Below the pieces are notes generated by a model that saw only the letters and a program-made list of their open reading frames with translations, was not told the origin of the DNA and ran no database searches. A stretch of DNA of 64,000 bases. Source: Ancylonema sp. (taxonomy: Eukaryota). A program made the position numbers and the translations under genes. Below, piece after piece: positions 12,415-25,689 of the stretch (its first letter is position 1; each line of letters opens with the position of its first letter). The stretch is from NCBI GenBank assembly GCA_050230475.1, contig JBFLGF010000050.1, positions 1 to 64,000 of the forward strand. The letters run 5' to 3'.

Positions 12415-13346
12415 CGTAGTTACCCGAACCGGAAAAATCAAATTTTGGAACCGAGGTCCGCCCCAGTCCGAGATACGGACCGGGACGGACCGCGCGGTTC
12501 GTAGGGTTTTTTTTTTGGCGGGTATTTTTCAAGCGGCGTTTTGCAGGTTGTTGTTTTTTTTTTTTCTTTTTTTTTTCTCTTTTTTCTTTAACCCTACGTG
12601 TTAGGCCTAGGCCCCACCTTTGACACGCCTGGTTTTTGAAACATTTCAAAAACAATCTAAGGAGGCATAAGGATGGTACGATGCTACAATGTCAAGTATT
12701 TATTATGTGGTGTGAACATGGATCAATAACTTGAGGTATGCGTAGATGAATGAGGCAAAGGCATGAGTAGTCAAAAGTGGTAAACTGTCGAATAATTGTA
12801 CATGTGATATGTGATATGCGTATATATAAAACTTTGATTACGAAGTTGTTTGACAATTATGGCGAATGATAGGTAATATAGATTCGCTGAAACTTTCAAC
12901 TTGAAACAATGTTCACTTTCAAGATTCAATAATCGTTTTTTAACATTGCAACCTCTATTTTTTCCATGTGAGCTATGATGAAAATGAGTACATGAGGAAA
13001 CGTTAAAATGTATTAAAGTTCCTTATCGCTAATAATGGTGTTGGGGGCGTGGGGGCAGAAAGTACTTGGTCAAATGTTATGAAAAAAACGAGTTGGCACG
13101 TTGGTTTTTGGGTTTTAATTCATTAATGGCTCGGCAAATCAATTTTATGAGTTTTTTTTTAGATGCACATTGAAAAACTGCGTAAGATTTTTTTTTTTGA
13201 AGTTTTGCGAACTAGGAAAAAAATAAAGAACCTTTAAAAACTGATTTTGCCCTAAATCGCCGGTCTGAGGTTTTGGGCCTCGAAGGACGGACCCCGGTCC
13301 GAGATGCGGACCTTTGAACCCGGTTCCGAAGGTTCGGGTAAATATG
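12415..13346. mobile_element. Non-autonomous hAT-like element (932 bp)
   Basis: TIRs CGTAGTTACCCGAACC / GGTTCGGGTAAATATG; 8-bp flanks TGTTCAAG / TGTTCAAT; GGACCG-type subterminal repeats at both ends. Confidence 0.8.
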
Positions 13347-14105
13347 TGTTCAATTGTGGGAATACAATTAACAACTGTCGAGTGCTTTACGAGTATTCGA
13401 AAAATGAAACTTGGACACGAGGCTTTTGCCATAGCATATACATATGGTAACATCAATCTTTTGGAACATCATTGAGAATGAGGTGGTCTAGAAAACTTAG
13501 CACAACCTCTAGTTACCTCTGTAAGGAGCCGTGCAACCTCGCAAAGGAAAAAACCGAGCAGCATTACCATCTCAATATTGAAAGAGTGTGTGTCTCTTGA
13601 AATCGCACATGCGGGTTCATGATTGTCATTAAAAAATCAATGACCAACAATCTAACCGTGTTGAGCAAGAAAGTGCTGGAAATAATGGTTGAGGCAACAC
13701 ATATTAGCTCGAGCAACATGCTTACTAATCGGGTGTGGCCACGAATTGCCTCCAATACTCACTACCAATTTAAAAAACTAGCTCATCGCTACATGGGATT
13801 TAGCGACGTATCGGAGCACCACGTCTCGAAAGTAACCCCATTCCAAGTGAACCAACCTATAAATTGAAATACAATCCTTCGCATGCTGCCCGCGATCTAG
13901 TAATTTTCATCCAACCTATCGTCAACATCTATTCACTAATTTGCACACATCCTAAGCGAAGGCTGAGACATCGCTGGTCGAAGACGACCGTGCGGGTGGG
14001 TAGCTTGTTGCGAAATGTCCACTCCTTTGTGCATTAGGAGTAAAAGATACACAAACATGTATGTGCACTCGGATGATTGCCTCCACTTCCTCGTTGCCAC
14101 CTTGT

Positions 14106-16827
14106 TTACAAACCCACGCTTTTCTGCGTTTTCTGGATGTAGTTCAGGAGCATCCATGTCATCTGCGAAGTAAAGTAAGAAGAAAAAACAACATCAGTAT
14201 ACCAATCTGCGGCAACATTTCTGCAGTGCAAGTTCGCGAATGACGAGTCTGCTCAAACGTATCACAACAAGTCACTCTGTGACGTGTTGGAAACAAAACA
14301 ACGAACCCTAGTTCCACTCCTGCCCCTGTTTGACTCAATTCCTGGGGCTGGTAAACAAAATGACGTCTTTTAAAGCAACCTGAAATACGAGCAGCCTATT
14401 CAGATATTTCTTTATTAAATCAGTCCAAACCCTGCCCAAAAATTCGGTCCAAAATCAGGCCGCCCAGGATGTTTTACCATGACGTGGGGAGCGATTCGTA
14501 TGCAGTAGGTTCCGAATCCGGTGTAGAACTTGAGAGGACCGCCAGCCGCGAACGTCTTCATGGCGCAGTCTAGGGATCCGGAGAAGGGCAGCTTGCCATC
14601 TGGCCCTGGGGTCTGCTTCTGCATCTGAGTCTTCACGTAGTCAAAGGGCAGACTGCAGGCGGCGGCACAGAATCCAGAAATGGCGCTAGCACCTGCAGGG
14701 GGGTTGGTTTAAGCGGGTAAGGATCGGAAATTTGTCATCTGGATGTCTATGTGATGTCATAACTTTAAACTATGAACCCTGAACCCCCAAACTGACAAAC
14801 ACACTAATTGTTTGGAAATCAGTTTACATATACATTTGCTTCAGATACACACGCCTTGCTCGCTTGAAGGCCTACATGAGTTGGGCCCTTGACTTTATGT
14901 TCAATCTCACTTTCTCTCATGCTGCACATGAACAAGATTATGTGAGAACAAAATTCTCTATCTGAAACTTTCTAACGTCCATATTTTTCTGTTACCCTCA
15001 TCTGTGTTCCAAAATGAGGGAAGCTGGATTAGCTCCCCCAGAAACATTCACCGAGACATCAACACTCTCAAATCAGTCTGGTGCCCGAACACACATTTCT
15101 GGACGACCAAGTACGACCCCAGACACTGCGGAGGCACAATAATTCTTTAGCAGGTGGACTTCAGTTGAGCCCAATTTCGTGGCCTCACCCAAAACTGTTG
15201 GAATCTCTGTGAAGCCCAGCGAGTCTTTGAGCATCTCGGCAGACTGGTCGTAGGAAGCGAGCATCCCCATGTTGAGCGCCATAGCTCGCACAATGGTGGG
15301 GCCGCACCCCTTCCAGAGCGCCAGGACTCCCTCCTCTCTCGCAATGGTAGAGAGGGCTCCAAATGCGTTCCCATAGTTTCTCCTCTCCGCGAGAGGACGC
15401 ATGGAGTTCGCCTGTACTCGGATGAGTGCCAGGTCAGCAGGGCTGCCGACCGAGGCGCCAATGGCGCCAGCTGTCAATCCACACAACGCCTTCTGGTAGA
15501 GCGGGAGTGGCTTGCCGTCATTGGAGGCGACGGCCTGTGCGGAGAGCCACCTGGCAGCGACAAGCGTGATCAAGGGCGGGCGGAAGCTAATGAATTGGCG
15601 GGCGGAAAGCCGTCGACTTTGGATTATACTAGCATGTGAAAGCCGAAAATATGAGCCGTAAGAGAAATATCTGATTGTTGTGAACCACTATCTGCAATGT
15701 CGAAGCTATGGAAATGTGTCCAGAATGATGTACAGGCGAAGATATACAGCATCAGAGGTGATGTATCATGGAGTGGACCATTTGTATTGGCAGTGTGTGC
15801 AGGTGTGATGTGATATCTGGCGCGATCGTCTATCACGAGGTGGAGATGTTTGTGCCACTGATAAGGTGGTCGATTAACGGTTACAATAGTTGGTTCTCCA
15901 CTCGCCTATCTTTGGTGGCTTTCTAGTTTCAGGTTTATGACCGATCTCGCAATCAGACTGCAAACCTAAAAACCTACCTGAAACTCCCAAGACGGGCCGT
16001 TGTGTATGTTGCTTGCCGCAAAAGCCCCGCAGACAAACCCTGCATAAGTTACCAACTCATTTACTTCTATGTAACAAAAATTTGCAAACTCGCGGGGCAG
16101 GTGGGCGGGTGGGTACACTAATCGGAAATGCCGAGTTTGACGTCTAGAAACTGCTTAAGCCAGTATCACCCCAAAGCTGATACGAACGAACACAAAAACA
16201 AATCAGTGGGGTAAATTCTCAAAAAATCGCGGTATCTGAACGTAAGTAATACTCTGTCGATCGTAAGACCTCCGTGGTATACATAAAGACCTGCACTACA
16301 GGCCTTGCGAGCGTAGGATCGGCATTTATCCTCGCAATACCGAGGCTCCTTCCAGCATAGATGAGGTCTCACTACGGATCGGTCTTCTCCAAGCCACTCA
16401 AGAAATAAAAGCGGCGGATACCACCGGGAAGAACACTGATATCAAGTTAAAAGTTTGCTCGGCGCCAAAAGGCACCCCGGTTATAGCTTCCTGGTCGTCA
16501 TACCTTGTACATAGATCCAAAACCTTCCTCTGCGATCATCTTATTCGCCACGGCTATCGGCGATCCTCCACTGATCTGGATGCGGACCTACAAAAATGAC
16601 ATCCCCGATCCCCGAGTCAAACACTGGAACAATTATCACCTGCAGCCGCAGTTGCTTGTGACCATGACATACTAGCTACCGGGTGAGAGAGAAGCTACAG
16701 CCACGTTGAGTACCTTGACCATGTCCACGGGTTGAATGACGCAAGTTGCTCCCATTCCTGCTAAGCCTCCATTAAGGAACGGCTTCACGGCAGTCCACAC
16801 AGGATTCAGGGGCTTCTTCTCAGACAT
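14106..16827 (-). CDS. DTC: Mitochondrial dicarboxylate/tricarboxylate carrier, 6 exons: 16827-16714, 16587-16504, 16039-15978, 15550-15189, 14692-14478, 14162-14106
   Basis: KPFLNGGLAGMGATCVIQPVDMVKVRIQ; GLSAGLLRQATYTTARLGSF; PADLALIRVQA; RAMALNMGMLASYDQS; PFDYVKTQMQ; YCIRIAPHVMMTW. Three carrier signature motifs are present, matching plant DTC. Confidence 0.95.
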
Positions 16828-18104
16828 CTTGTTGGGATCAATGTCAGTATTCGAGGATTGATGCAAGGAGGAGATAATCGATCCGGATGACTTCGCAAAA
16901 ATGTGTACTGAAGGTACGCGCACAGGTCTGTCAGGAGAACGATCCCCTCTGCTAGAGGAAAGCTCGTCTGCTCGTGTGACTGCTCCTCCGTCCGTGGACG
17001 ACATGCGCGTGACAGTGATCTGTAGTACTTAAGCTGTACGGTTGACCGTTTCGGTTTGACGGAGGGCCACTGAGAAGGCCTCATCAAATTTATTTCGCGC
17101 TTAATCAGGAGAGGCCCCGTCCGTTTGGTCGGTAGTTTATGGGCTCACTTCAGTGAAATCGGCACGCAATCGACGGCGTCGGATAGTCCGAGGATGACAG
17201 GACGGCCCTCAAGTGACCGTCAATCCTTTTGGTTTAGAAACATTCACCGTGAGATCTGGGTAACCATCCAATTGGTAATTTAAAATTCGTACTACTGATC
17301 ATGTCCGTGCCGACATAGTTGTCGTGGCTAAAAAATTACGGGGGTTGATTTCTCGAGCGTGTTCTGTGCCACAAAAAAAACAGACAGCGAACAGCCGAGT
17401 AACATAGTGGAACAGCCGAGAGTGGAAGGAGGAAGTACAAAAAAAAGAGAAAGAAGGAGCGATCGCGATTGATTTTGCGTCTGGCAGCGGCAAGAAGCCG
17501 AATATTCTTCCACTAGAGACCTGACAGTGGCGAGAACCTTCCCCACCGAGGATACTGCGGCAACCTAAGGGCTGCGGGCTCTCCGTGGTTTACTCCTGTC
17601 AAAGACTGTCCCCTTCCCGGCGGCAGTCTTGGCTGGTCGTTATTTGTAAGCACATACTTCACGCCCAAAGGCGAATGGAGTAATTTGGAATGGTCCAAAC
17701 TTCGGCACATTTACACACAGTTCAGATTACGTAGCCTAGATATTCTGTTTTTTGCCCTTACACATGTCTAACGCTCTTTTTGTGAATAGTTCACCGTGCG
17801 GGGTGAATTTAAGGAGCAAGTTCATTTTTTCGAAAAGCTACAGTGTGTTTTGTTCCCGTTTCCTTGTGCTTTGTTTTTGGAAGGTTTAACTTTAGAAGGG
17901 AACACCGAAGAAGAGCGCCAAACTTCACCGAATGTCAATGCAGCCCCTTGGTTTGCACTTCGGGAGTCTAGTGACTTACAAACCGCATACAGTGACCACC
18001 CATTCAACGCATTTTTTCTTTGTCCACCTTGGGAAACCTAACACGGGGATTCTCGCAGGTTGTAGCCTCGGGCATACTGGGTGCGCTGTCACGCCCGGCT
18101 CGCG

Positions 18105-20977
18105 ATGAATACTGCCGGTAAGTGTCCCTGGCATTTCGTTATCTGGATCAGGCATACGTGTTTTCCTTCATTTCTGTCCCCTCCATTTTGTGTTCGTTTT
18201 ATAGGCTGTGAAGGACTTTCTAGCTCTGGAGGCTTCTAGTTGCTGGGTGACACTGGTAGCGGAATTTTCAAAAATAATTCTTACATGATGTAGGGGAGGC
18301 GCTTTGGACCGTAGGCAGCTTTCATGGATAAAATGCTCTTCAAATTGAGCGCTTGTCCGGTCAGCAATACGGTTTCTCCATTCTCTAACTCCTGAATCGT
18401 ATCTGTCTGGCGACCAATCCATACCTCGGGTGATCGCTCATTCGCTGCTCGAAAAATGTTCACATCTATCCAGCGTAAGTGCTACTGACCCGCGGGTGCA
18501 TACACGTGTGAACATGAAGCTCATGAAAGTCAAGCAAGGGAGCATGAAAGTGTATCACACATCCAATAGTCGCTTCTGGACGTCACATATACTTAAACCT
18601 CTAGTTTCACGCTCTCAGACCCCGACCTTCTCAATGTGACATGGAATCACATCCCCGTTCTTCTGCCTGCTTGAGCATAACTATAATTTGGTCATTCATG
18701 CCTCCCTCTACCGAGCATGTGAGGCCTATTTCGTCGGTTTCAGCAATCAGACACCGTGTCATCTTCTCCATGAGTGGTGTGCTGCCAATCCGCCTGAGGC
18801 TGTGGTCTAAATTGACAACGCTAGACTTGTGCGTAGATTGCTCAGGCTTGCAGGGTTGGCCTTCCTCTTCTCCACCGGGATCCTTCTTCAGCTTCTGGTA
18901 ACACTGCAAGCTTCTCGTCCGTAGTTGACGGGCCTCCATCAAACATACATACAGTCCTTTTCCACAATGCTGACGAAGCACATGAGTTCTTTCGGAATCC
19001 CCTTGGAAACAGTATTCAGCAGGCAGTTGCCTGGTTTGCTACAAAGCAACAAATGAATTTTTTGAGTTCACGGTCAGAACTTACGTCGTATGGCATTTCT
19101 TGTTTTCTTCTTTCTGAATGCTGAGAAAAAAACTGATGTTCACGAGGCTGTCCACTCCATGCTGCAGGGATGCGTCCTCTACTCGAACTGGTGGCCTCTT
19201 CTGACATGTGAGACACATTCCATTCAAAACGCTGAAATATAAAAAAAAACTATTTTCTTTTGTAAAGTTTCCTTCGTACTCTCTGCATCTCAAAAGGACG
19301 CCAGATGAACATCCGAGTCTTACACCCTCACTCGCTGCCAGACTGCAAGCACGCAGAACAGCACTTCCCTTTTGAACGATTTAAATACAACAACATAGAG
19401 GCTGGGTGTATGGTTACAACAGCAAAAGCCCCACGAGGTCAAGAATTTGTGTGATAGCACTGCGTGCTGTATGGTCGGGTAACATCTGCAGAGCTTTCTC
19501 AGCAAGCAAGAAAGCTGCGACCATACAATGAGAATCCACTTTTCCAAATTTCGGTCACCTTGAATGATGCCTGGTACATTGATCAGGATCTTATAATCCA
19601 CGTCAGGTTCTAGGTGTAAACTTTTCTAAATCGTATTAGGCAGGGTATAAAAGATGAATACTTCGACAGTCCAAGTGTAGCCCCAATCCCTGTTCAACCT
19701 GCCTTTCAACCCTTCCCCCCAAAAATGCCAAAAAAACAATCCCTGTCGCCTCCCACATTTTCGTCAAAGAGTTTGGAATCCATCACAGCATCAGTCATAA
19801 AGTTTTTACTTCGATACGGTTCCGCAGGTGTGATGTACATCCTGGGTCCGATGCCCTGCCTCTTCTTTGGAGGCGGAGGGTCGTCGGATTTCATCAGCAT
19901 GAGCGGCAATGAAGAGTACGGTCTCAACCTTCACCTTCACCTGCAGAAGAGAAGCTGCTTAGCAGGTCGCTGAAACACAAACGGGAACAAGGGTCATAGA
20001 TGTTGTATGTATCTAGTCGGTTTCTGTCCATCTTTCAGGAGGCCATCTGAGTGCCTTTCTACCATCGCAATGAGGATAAAACAGCAGTGGATGAAAAGTA
20101 ATCAGAACCTTAGACCTCTAGGCAGATACAGCTCAAGGTATCCGTTCCTTTTCGCGTCTGCTTCTGGTCTCAGGCAGATAGGTAGTGTACACACGGACAG
20201 GATGATGGCGTAGGAGTGTCGAAAAAAGTCCATATTTCGGGATAATGATGACAGAAAAAATTATAAGCACAACTCAGACGTCCTCTGACGGCAGAGTTGA
20301 TGAAGTGAAAACAAAATTTAATTATGGACGCTGCTATCAAATCTAAATGCTGTCAGGAGGAGGGACAAGTCTGCATGATCGGACTCGTCGGGATTGCCAG
20401 CTTGAAAAGCTTATCTCTGGTTTCTGGTCTATTAGCTGCTTGCGTAGCAACAAACAATAAGAGCGGGGCCAACGTTTTGGCACAGACGGCTGTGAGTAGA
20501 GATACACTGATTCTGGTGTTTTCCTTGAGCAAGAAGAGGAAGGAGGAGAGACAAAGCATGGGAGGTGGAGAAGAGGCTCAAAGAAAACACAATCAGTGTT
20601 TTGAGACGGAATGTGTCTGAGGCACACGGAACAAGATTACTTTGGTGATTGGTGACTAGCTGAATATAGCAGCTGTTTATATTTCGGGTCAAAACGGCCA
20701 AACTTTTAGGGCTGTGAAATACATGTAAGCTTTGTACGAAGATGGTTCCATGCCCCCCCTCAGTGTTCCTCTCTTTGTTCTTGGATGCAGCTGGGAAGAT
20801 GCCGCGAAATTTCTCACTGGTTTCTCGGCAGTGGGTAGTATTGCGATTCCCGCAATCCTGCACCATGCTGGCCTCATCACAGCCGGAGCTATGATCTTTG
20901 AGTTTTTGGCATTTGCTGTGCTTTGTCTCACTGTGCTCTTGTTTCAAAAGGCTAGTTCGGAAGATGACTGGTCATGA
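18105..20977 (+). CDS. VPS55: Vacuolar protein sorting 55 family membrane protein, exons 18105-18117, 18854-18897, 19168-19207, 19828-19915, 20791-20977
   Basis: The spliced product MNTAGLAFLFSTGILLQLLGCVLYSNWWPLLTCVMYILGPMPCLFFGGGGSSDF...WEDAAKFLTGFSAVGSIAIPAILHHAGLI...ASSEDDWS* matches plant VPS55. The first micro-exon is the least certain part. Confidence 0.9.
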
Positions 20978-22115
20978 AGCATCGATTTGACGAGAATTGC
21001 ATGCACCATATTGTGTCTCTGCAGTTGTTGATGTTATACATGTTTTTGTACATATAGTCAAACTACATTGCTGGAGAGACGCTGAATTTCATACACATTT
21101 ATTTGTAGAGTAAAAGCAACATAACAAGATGATTGCGCTCGTCTTGCATTCTTATGTTGGGTCCAAGACTTGATTTCATCGGACGCTTGGATTTCAACTT
21201 TTGTCGTTTGACTACATTGCCATTTTGTGGATCAAGCGTTCGAAAGTCCGGTTACCGTGAAGGTTGAGGTAGAGCATATGCTGATTTGCATCAAGTTTTT
21301 GATCAATTTAAGACGAGTTTATTTGCCTAGGCGTATACAATTACGGCCAATTACGGCCAACGGCGTTGAGCAACAACCGAATAAAGACCAGGAGAATGAA
21401 TGTGGAACTTGTGAGGACATCACATTACCAACAACTATCCCACTTTGCTGGTGGTCTTCCTCGTTCCCTTCACATCGTTATTGTTGTGTACTCATTACAA
21501 CTTCATTTTACTCCTTCTGGAATAACATGTGGTGTGATAAATAGAATAGTGACGAGGTTGCGTTTTTACGTGTGACACATGTGAGAAACATTTGTTCCGA
21601 GAAACGTTTTTCATGGCCTTTGTTCGTTTCTTCTACCGGAGTTTTGTGACCCAAACCTTGAGAAGTGGAAACAAATTATGCATTCCAGTCTCGTTGCATT
21701 TGTCATTCACCTCGGATATGTACTTTCATTGATGAAATCGCATTGTTAATGCTCGACCTTCTACTTTCACATATAAGTATTTTTCGTTTATCATGCCCTC
21801 GGTGTGGATTTTTTTTGTGTAACGTCCTTCAATCCCAATGAAGAACATATAGTAAGTGTCACTGTATACAGTGACACTACACTATATATGTACGTCGAGT
21901 GTGACAATCGATTAAATTGACATGATATTCGGGGCTTTCCATGTCACCATACCGAGGAAACAGTGTGTGACACGCGCGTCCTCTGCATACCGTGTCACGT
22001 GGACGGTGCCTTGCGTGACATGTTATGTGTCACGATTTTTGCATATGGAGTGTTCTATTATTTGTCGCGTGTTTGTGACACATAGACATGCTCACTTCTA
22101 ATGACGAAGCTAATA

Positions 22116-22384
22116 CCGTACTCGGCACCGAAATTGAACTGTTGAAGGCCGAAATCAATCACGTTTCTAACACCTATCAGGTAGAATGATTCACCAAAAA
22201 TCATTGATATTAATTCCATTTAACTTTTAATTTAATGACTTTAATTTCATTTTTTTGAATATTCAATCTAGGTTTCCCGGAATCATTGCCAAAAATCAAT
22301 GATATTGACTACCGGGTTCCCGGAATCATTACTATGAATCATTGACAAATTCATTCGTTTTGATGAAACAAAAGTCATTTACGG
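22116..22384. mobile_element. Diverged copy of the 10997-11252 MITE, with a shortened right TIR
   Basis: Starts TA|CCGTACTCGGCACCG. Shares internal blocks (AAAAATCATTGATATTAAT, CCCGGAATC, ATTCGTTTTGA) with 10997-11252 and ends TCATTTACGG|TA. Confidence 0.8.
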
Positions 22385-25300
22385 TAATGACGCGACTAAT
22401 AGTGACGTTTCATTCTACACCGAGTCGTCCATCATGGACGTCACATGGTGAATGTTGGTATGCGGAAAGCATGTTGAGACTTCAATTTTCCACTTCTCCA
22501 ACTTGACAACTCGCTTCATGATCACTGACGCAATTCACACCCACCTGTTGTTTGCTAAAACAACAATTATTTGTTGCATTCCTTGGAATAAGATGTTCGA
22601 GGGTTATTTCTACCATTCTCCATATTGGTTCGTATGGTATCACAATTCGTCGTGCGTTACGTCCATTCACACACGGTGCGTTCTTCAATCAACGTTTCAA
22701 ACACATTGTGTGCGAGAGGTACCACCCGTTTCCGTGTCTACAAGACCTCCTTGCCAACATTTGTGTCGTGTAAATCAACAACACTCTTGCACACCTACAC
22801 ACACTCCTTGCCCCACCCCTTCTATGTAACTCCATGTGACTACGTCTCGCCTTTTTGCACACGATAGCTAGTCTGTATCTTTATTGTGGACTTGGTGCAT
22901 TGCAATATGAGTGTATCCCATCACATGGCGATTCCGCAACAAAGGCTATCTTGCTATCTTCCGGGCGGTGCTTACCCACCGATCTACCTTCTCTTGGCAA
23001 CATATTAAATACCAAAAAAAACACCATGTCTCTAGTCTCGGTGGAGTTATGGTTTCAACAATTTTGATCAAATTATCTATTTTTCCACACCGAGAAACTA
23101 TGACACAGTCGCTCATATGGTTTGAACCATTCATTCATCCGCAATAGCAAGCATAAAAAAGAGACCACAATACTACTAACTCACAAAAATACAAGTTCAA
23201 GGCACACACTTGCATAGTAAGGGGATTTGGAACGCAAAGATAGCAACCAGTATCACATGTGTTCCGTACAAAAAAGCCGGTAAGGGATCATAGGGGCACG
23301 GTCGGAATCTTATATACCGTAGACCAACGATGACATACAAACACAACAACGTGATAAACATTAATCACCATCATTGAAATCACATAGTGAACCCAAGGTG
23401 GCGCAACACTCTATCACGAAGAGGACAAAAGACATGACATGATCGTTCGGCCGGAATCGTTTCGTGGCGCAACACTTCCATTCACCAATACGATATTGTT
23501 GCGCCACATCAGTTCCCAACGACAAAGCGCCACACGGATCCTGCCCATTGCGCACCCCTTCTTTTTCCCACGGGAGTCCACCTCGGCGCTTTCGGTCTCT
23601 CTATACCAACGCATCCTTTTTGTTTTTGAGCACGCCCGCGTCCGTGCCCGACAACGTTCTGACGAATTAAATCAAGACTTCCACATTGGAACAATCTCGG
23701 CAATCTCGTGAGTGAGAATCCACAAGGTTGACAAAGTAACTTATGAAGAAGTCGGTGCACGGCCCCCCTTGAAAAAACGACGAGCTACAAGTTCTTAACT
23801 TAAAGACGTAGCACAGTTTGATAACGTTGCTTCGTCTGTCGTTGGACTCCATGAGAATATGCAACTTGTTTTGCACAATCTTAATCGGTCTAGGTAAGAT
23901 TGAGCCTTAGTGAGAAAGGCATGGAGTTTACGATAGACAAAAAGATTAGGGTCGTGAAAACTTCGCATGTTCTTTGATGAACTGGTACAAAAGCTCACCA
24001 TCCTATGTCGAGTCGAAGGTACGCAAAATTTGACAACGTTTGAGCACCCTAGGTTTCATTCCCGGCTCCTCGCATCCACCACCGAGATGGTGGGAGGAAA
24101 GCTCCTCCCACCATGAATTGATCGTAGATTTTCATCCCTCTACAACTAGATTTCTCCATATGTTCTAGATTTACTCCATTTGTTTCAGTTTAGAAGTGTG
24201 CATACCGCCATGAGGTGCGCCCCTACCAAGGAATGGCAATTAAAGTCGCTATTATCAATGCATACTCCTTTTTCAATTGCTATTATCAAATGGCATCTAA
24301 GTTTCCCGTTGATATCTTCACAACCTTATTGTTGAGGTGTCGTCATTCAACAATTGATCAAATAATTACGAATATAATTGTGACCGGAAAGCATCGGGGT
24401 CCTTTTCCCACACGGTGACTAATTACCTGTCGTGTATGTATTACAAATTTAAGGCATGAAGTGAAACGCTCTTGTGAATGATGAGGTGGTTCGTAGTACG
24501 AACTTCGTACACAACATCCACGGAATTTTCAGGCGTGCATGAGAAACTCACATGACCACCATTGTCGTTGTCGCTTCCTTGTGTACGACACGGAAATATG
24601 CATTTGTTTGAGTATGCGACACATACTTAGTGTTCGTATTACGAGTGACACCGAATATCAATATGAGTGTGACGCCACTTGTGTATCGTTTGAGAAAGTA
24701 TTCGAATGCGCTAGTGATTATCTGACATCCCTTTTGAATCTATGCGGGTAGTAGACAAGAGTAGGCACCTTCTTTCAATATTGAGCAACACATGATCCAT
24801 CAAGGATATCCTTAACAACTTATATTAGTAGATATTTGTACAAAATTTTGTATTTGTAGACGTTATTGCTGCCATCTTGATGATGCACCTCCAAAAGTAT
24901 TGTACTTCAAAACTTGCCCTCCTTCATCAAGTTATCGCTTTTTGTCGAAGCACGTGTTCACGTGCTTTGACAAAGGAGTTTCGCCATCGACAACGGTGAG
25001 GCGCGGGTTGTTAGAACATGTACTCAACGCTAATATACTTTGTGTTGTTTGGATATTACAATGAAGTTATTATTTTGGGCATTGCCGGTGGCAGTACCGT
25101 ACTGGCCATACATAATGACCCACAAATAATGATTGAAAGGGTGGGTCGGGTCAAATTAAGTTATTCATCTTTTGGGGTTGGGTCACGCCATAAATTGCGA
25201 AACAATCAACATCGTAAAATTAATTTTATTCGTTTTTTTGCTCAAAATGCATATGTGGTTGGATCCCGATCGCCAAGAATCAATCGTGGTCCCCTAGCAG

Positions 25301-25689
25301 CGTCATCGATCGTCATTGGTTTCCTTTTCACAAATTTAGGGGGGGAATGGACATGTTGGGAAGCAATTAAGGTGCATATTTTTCTTACATTTTTACTCCA
25401 TGCATAAGCCAACATGATAAACAACATGAAACTTCCAATTTTTTTAAAGCACGATACACTCTTTAAAATTCCGAAAAAGTAAGGAAAAATTGCAAAACCG
25501 AAAGAAGTGGATATCCCCACACACTCACTTACTAGTCACTACTCACTACGCCCTACTCATACTCTATCACTATTTACTCTTCACTAATGTTCCACTTCAA
25601 GAGTCACTGTTCAGATCTGGGAGTCTGGTGCAAACTCCAAGGCCACAATCTAGAGCCAACACTGCACCCTACCAAAATAAGGCTTTTGA

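Noticed and set aside
20240..20640. Possible intronic C/D snoRNA (ATGATGA at ~20245, CTGA at ~20285) or a separate ORF 20324-20620 in VPS55 intron 4
   Set aside because: Box spacing is too short, there is no terminal stem or recognisable rRNA guide, and the ORF has no recognisable motif.
24087..24130. Helitron 3' end suggested by the hairpin
   Set aside because: No CTRR terminus at the expected distance on either strand.
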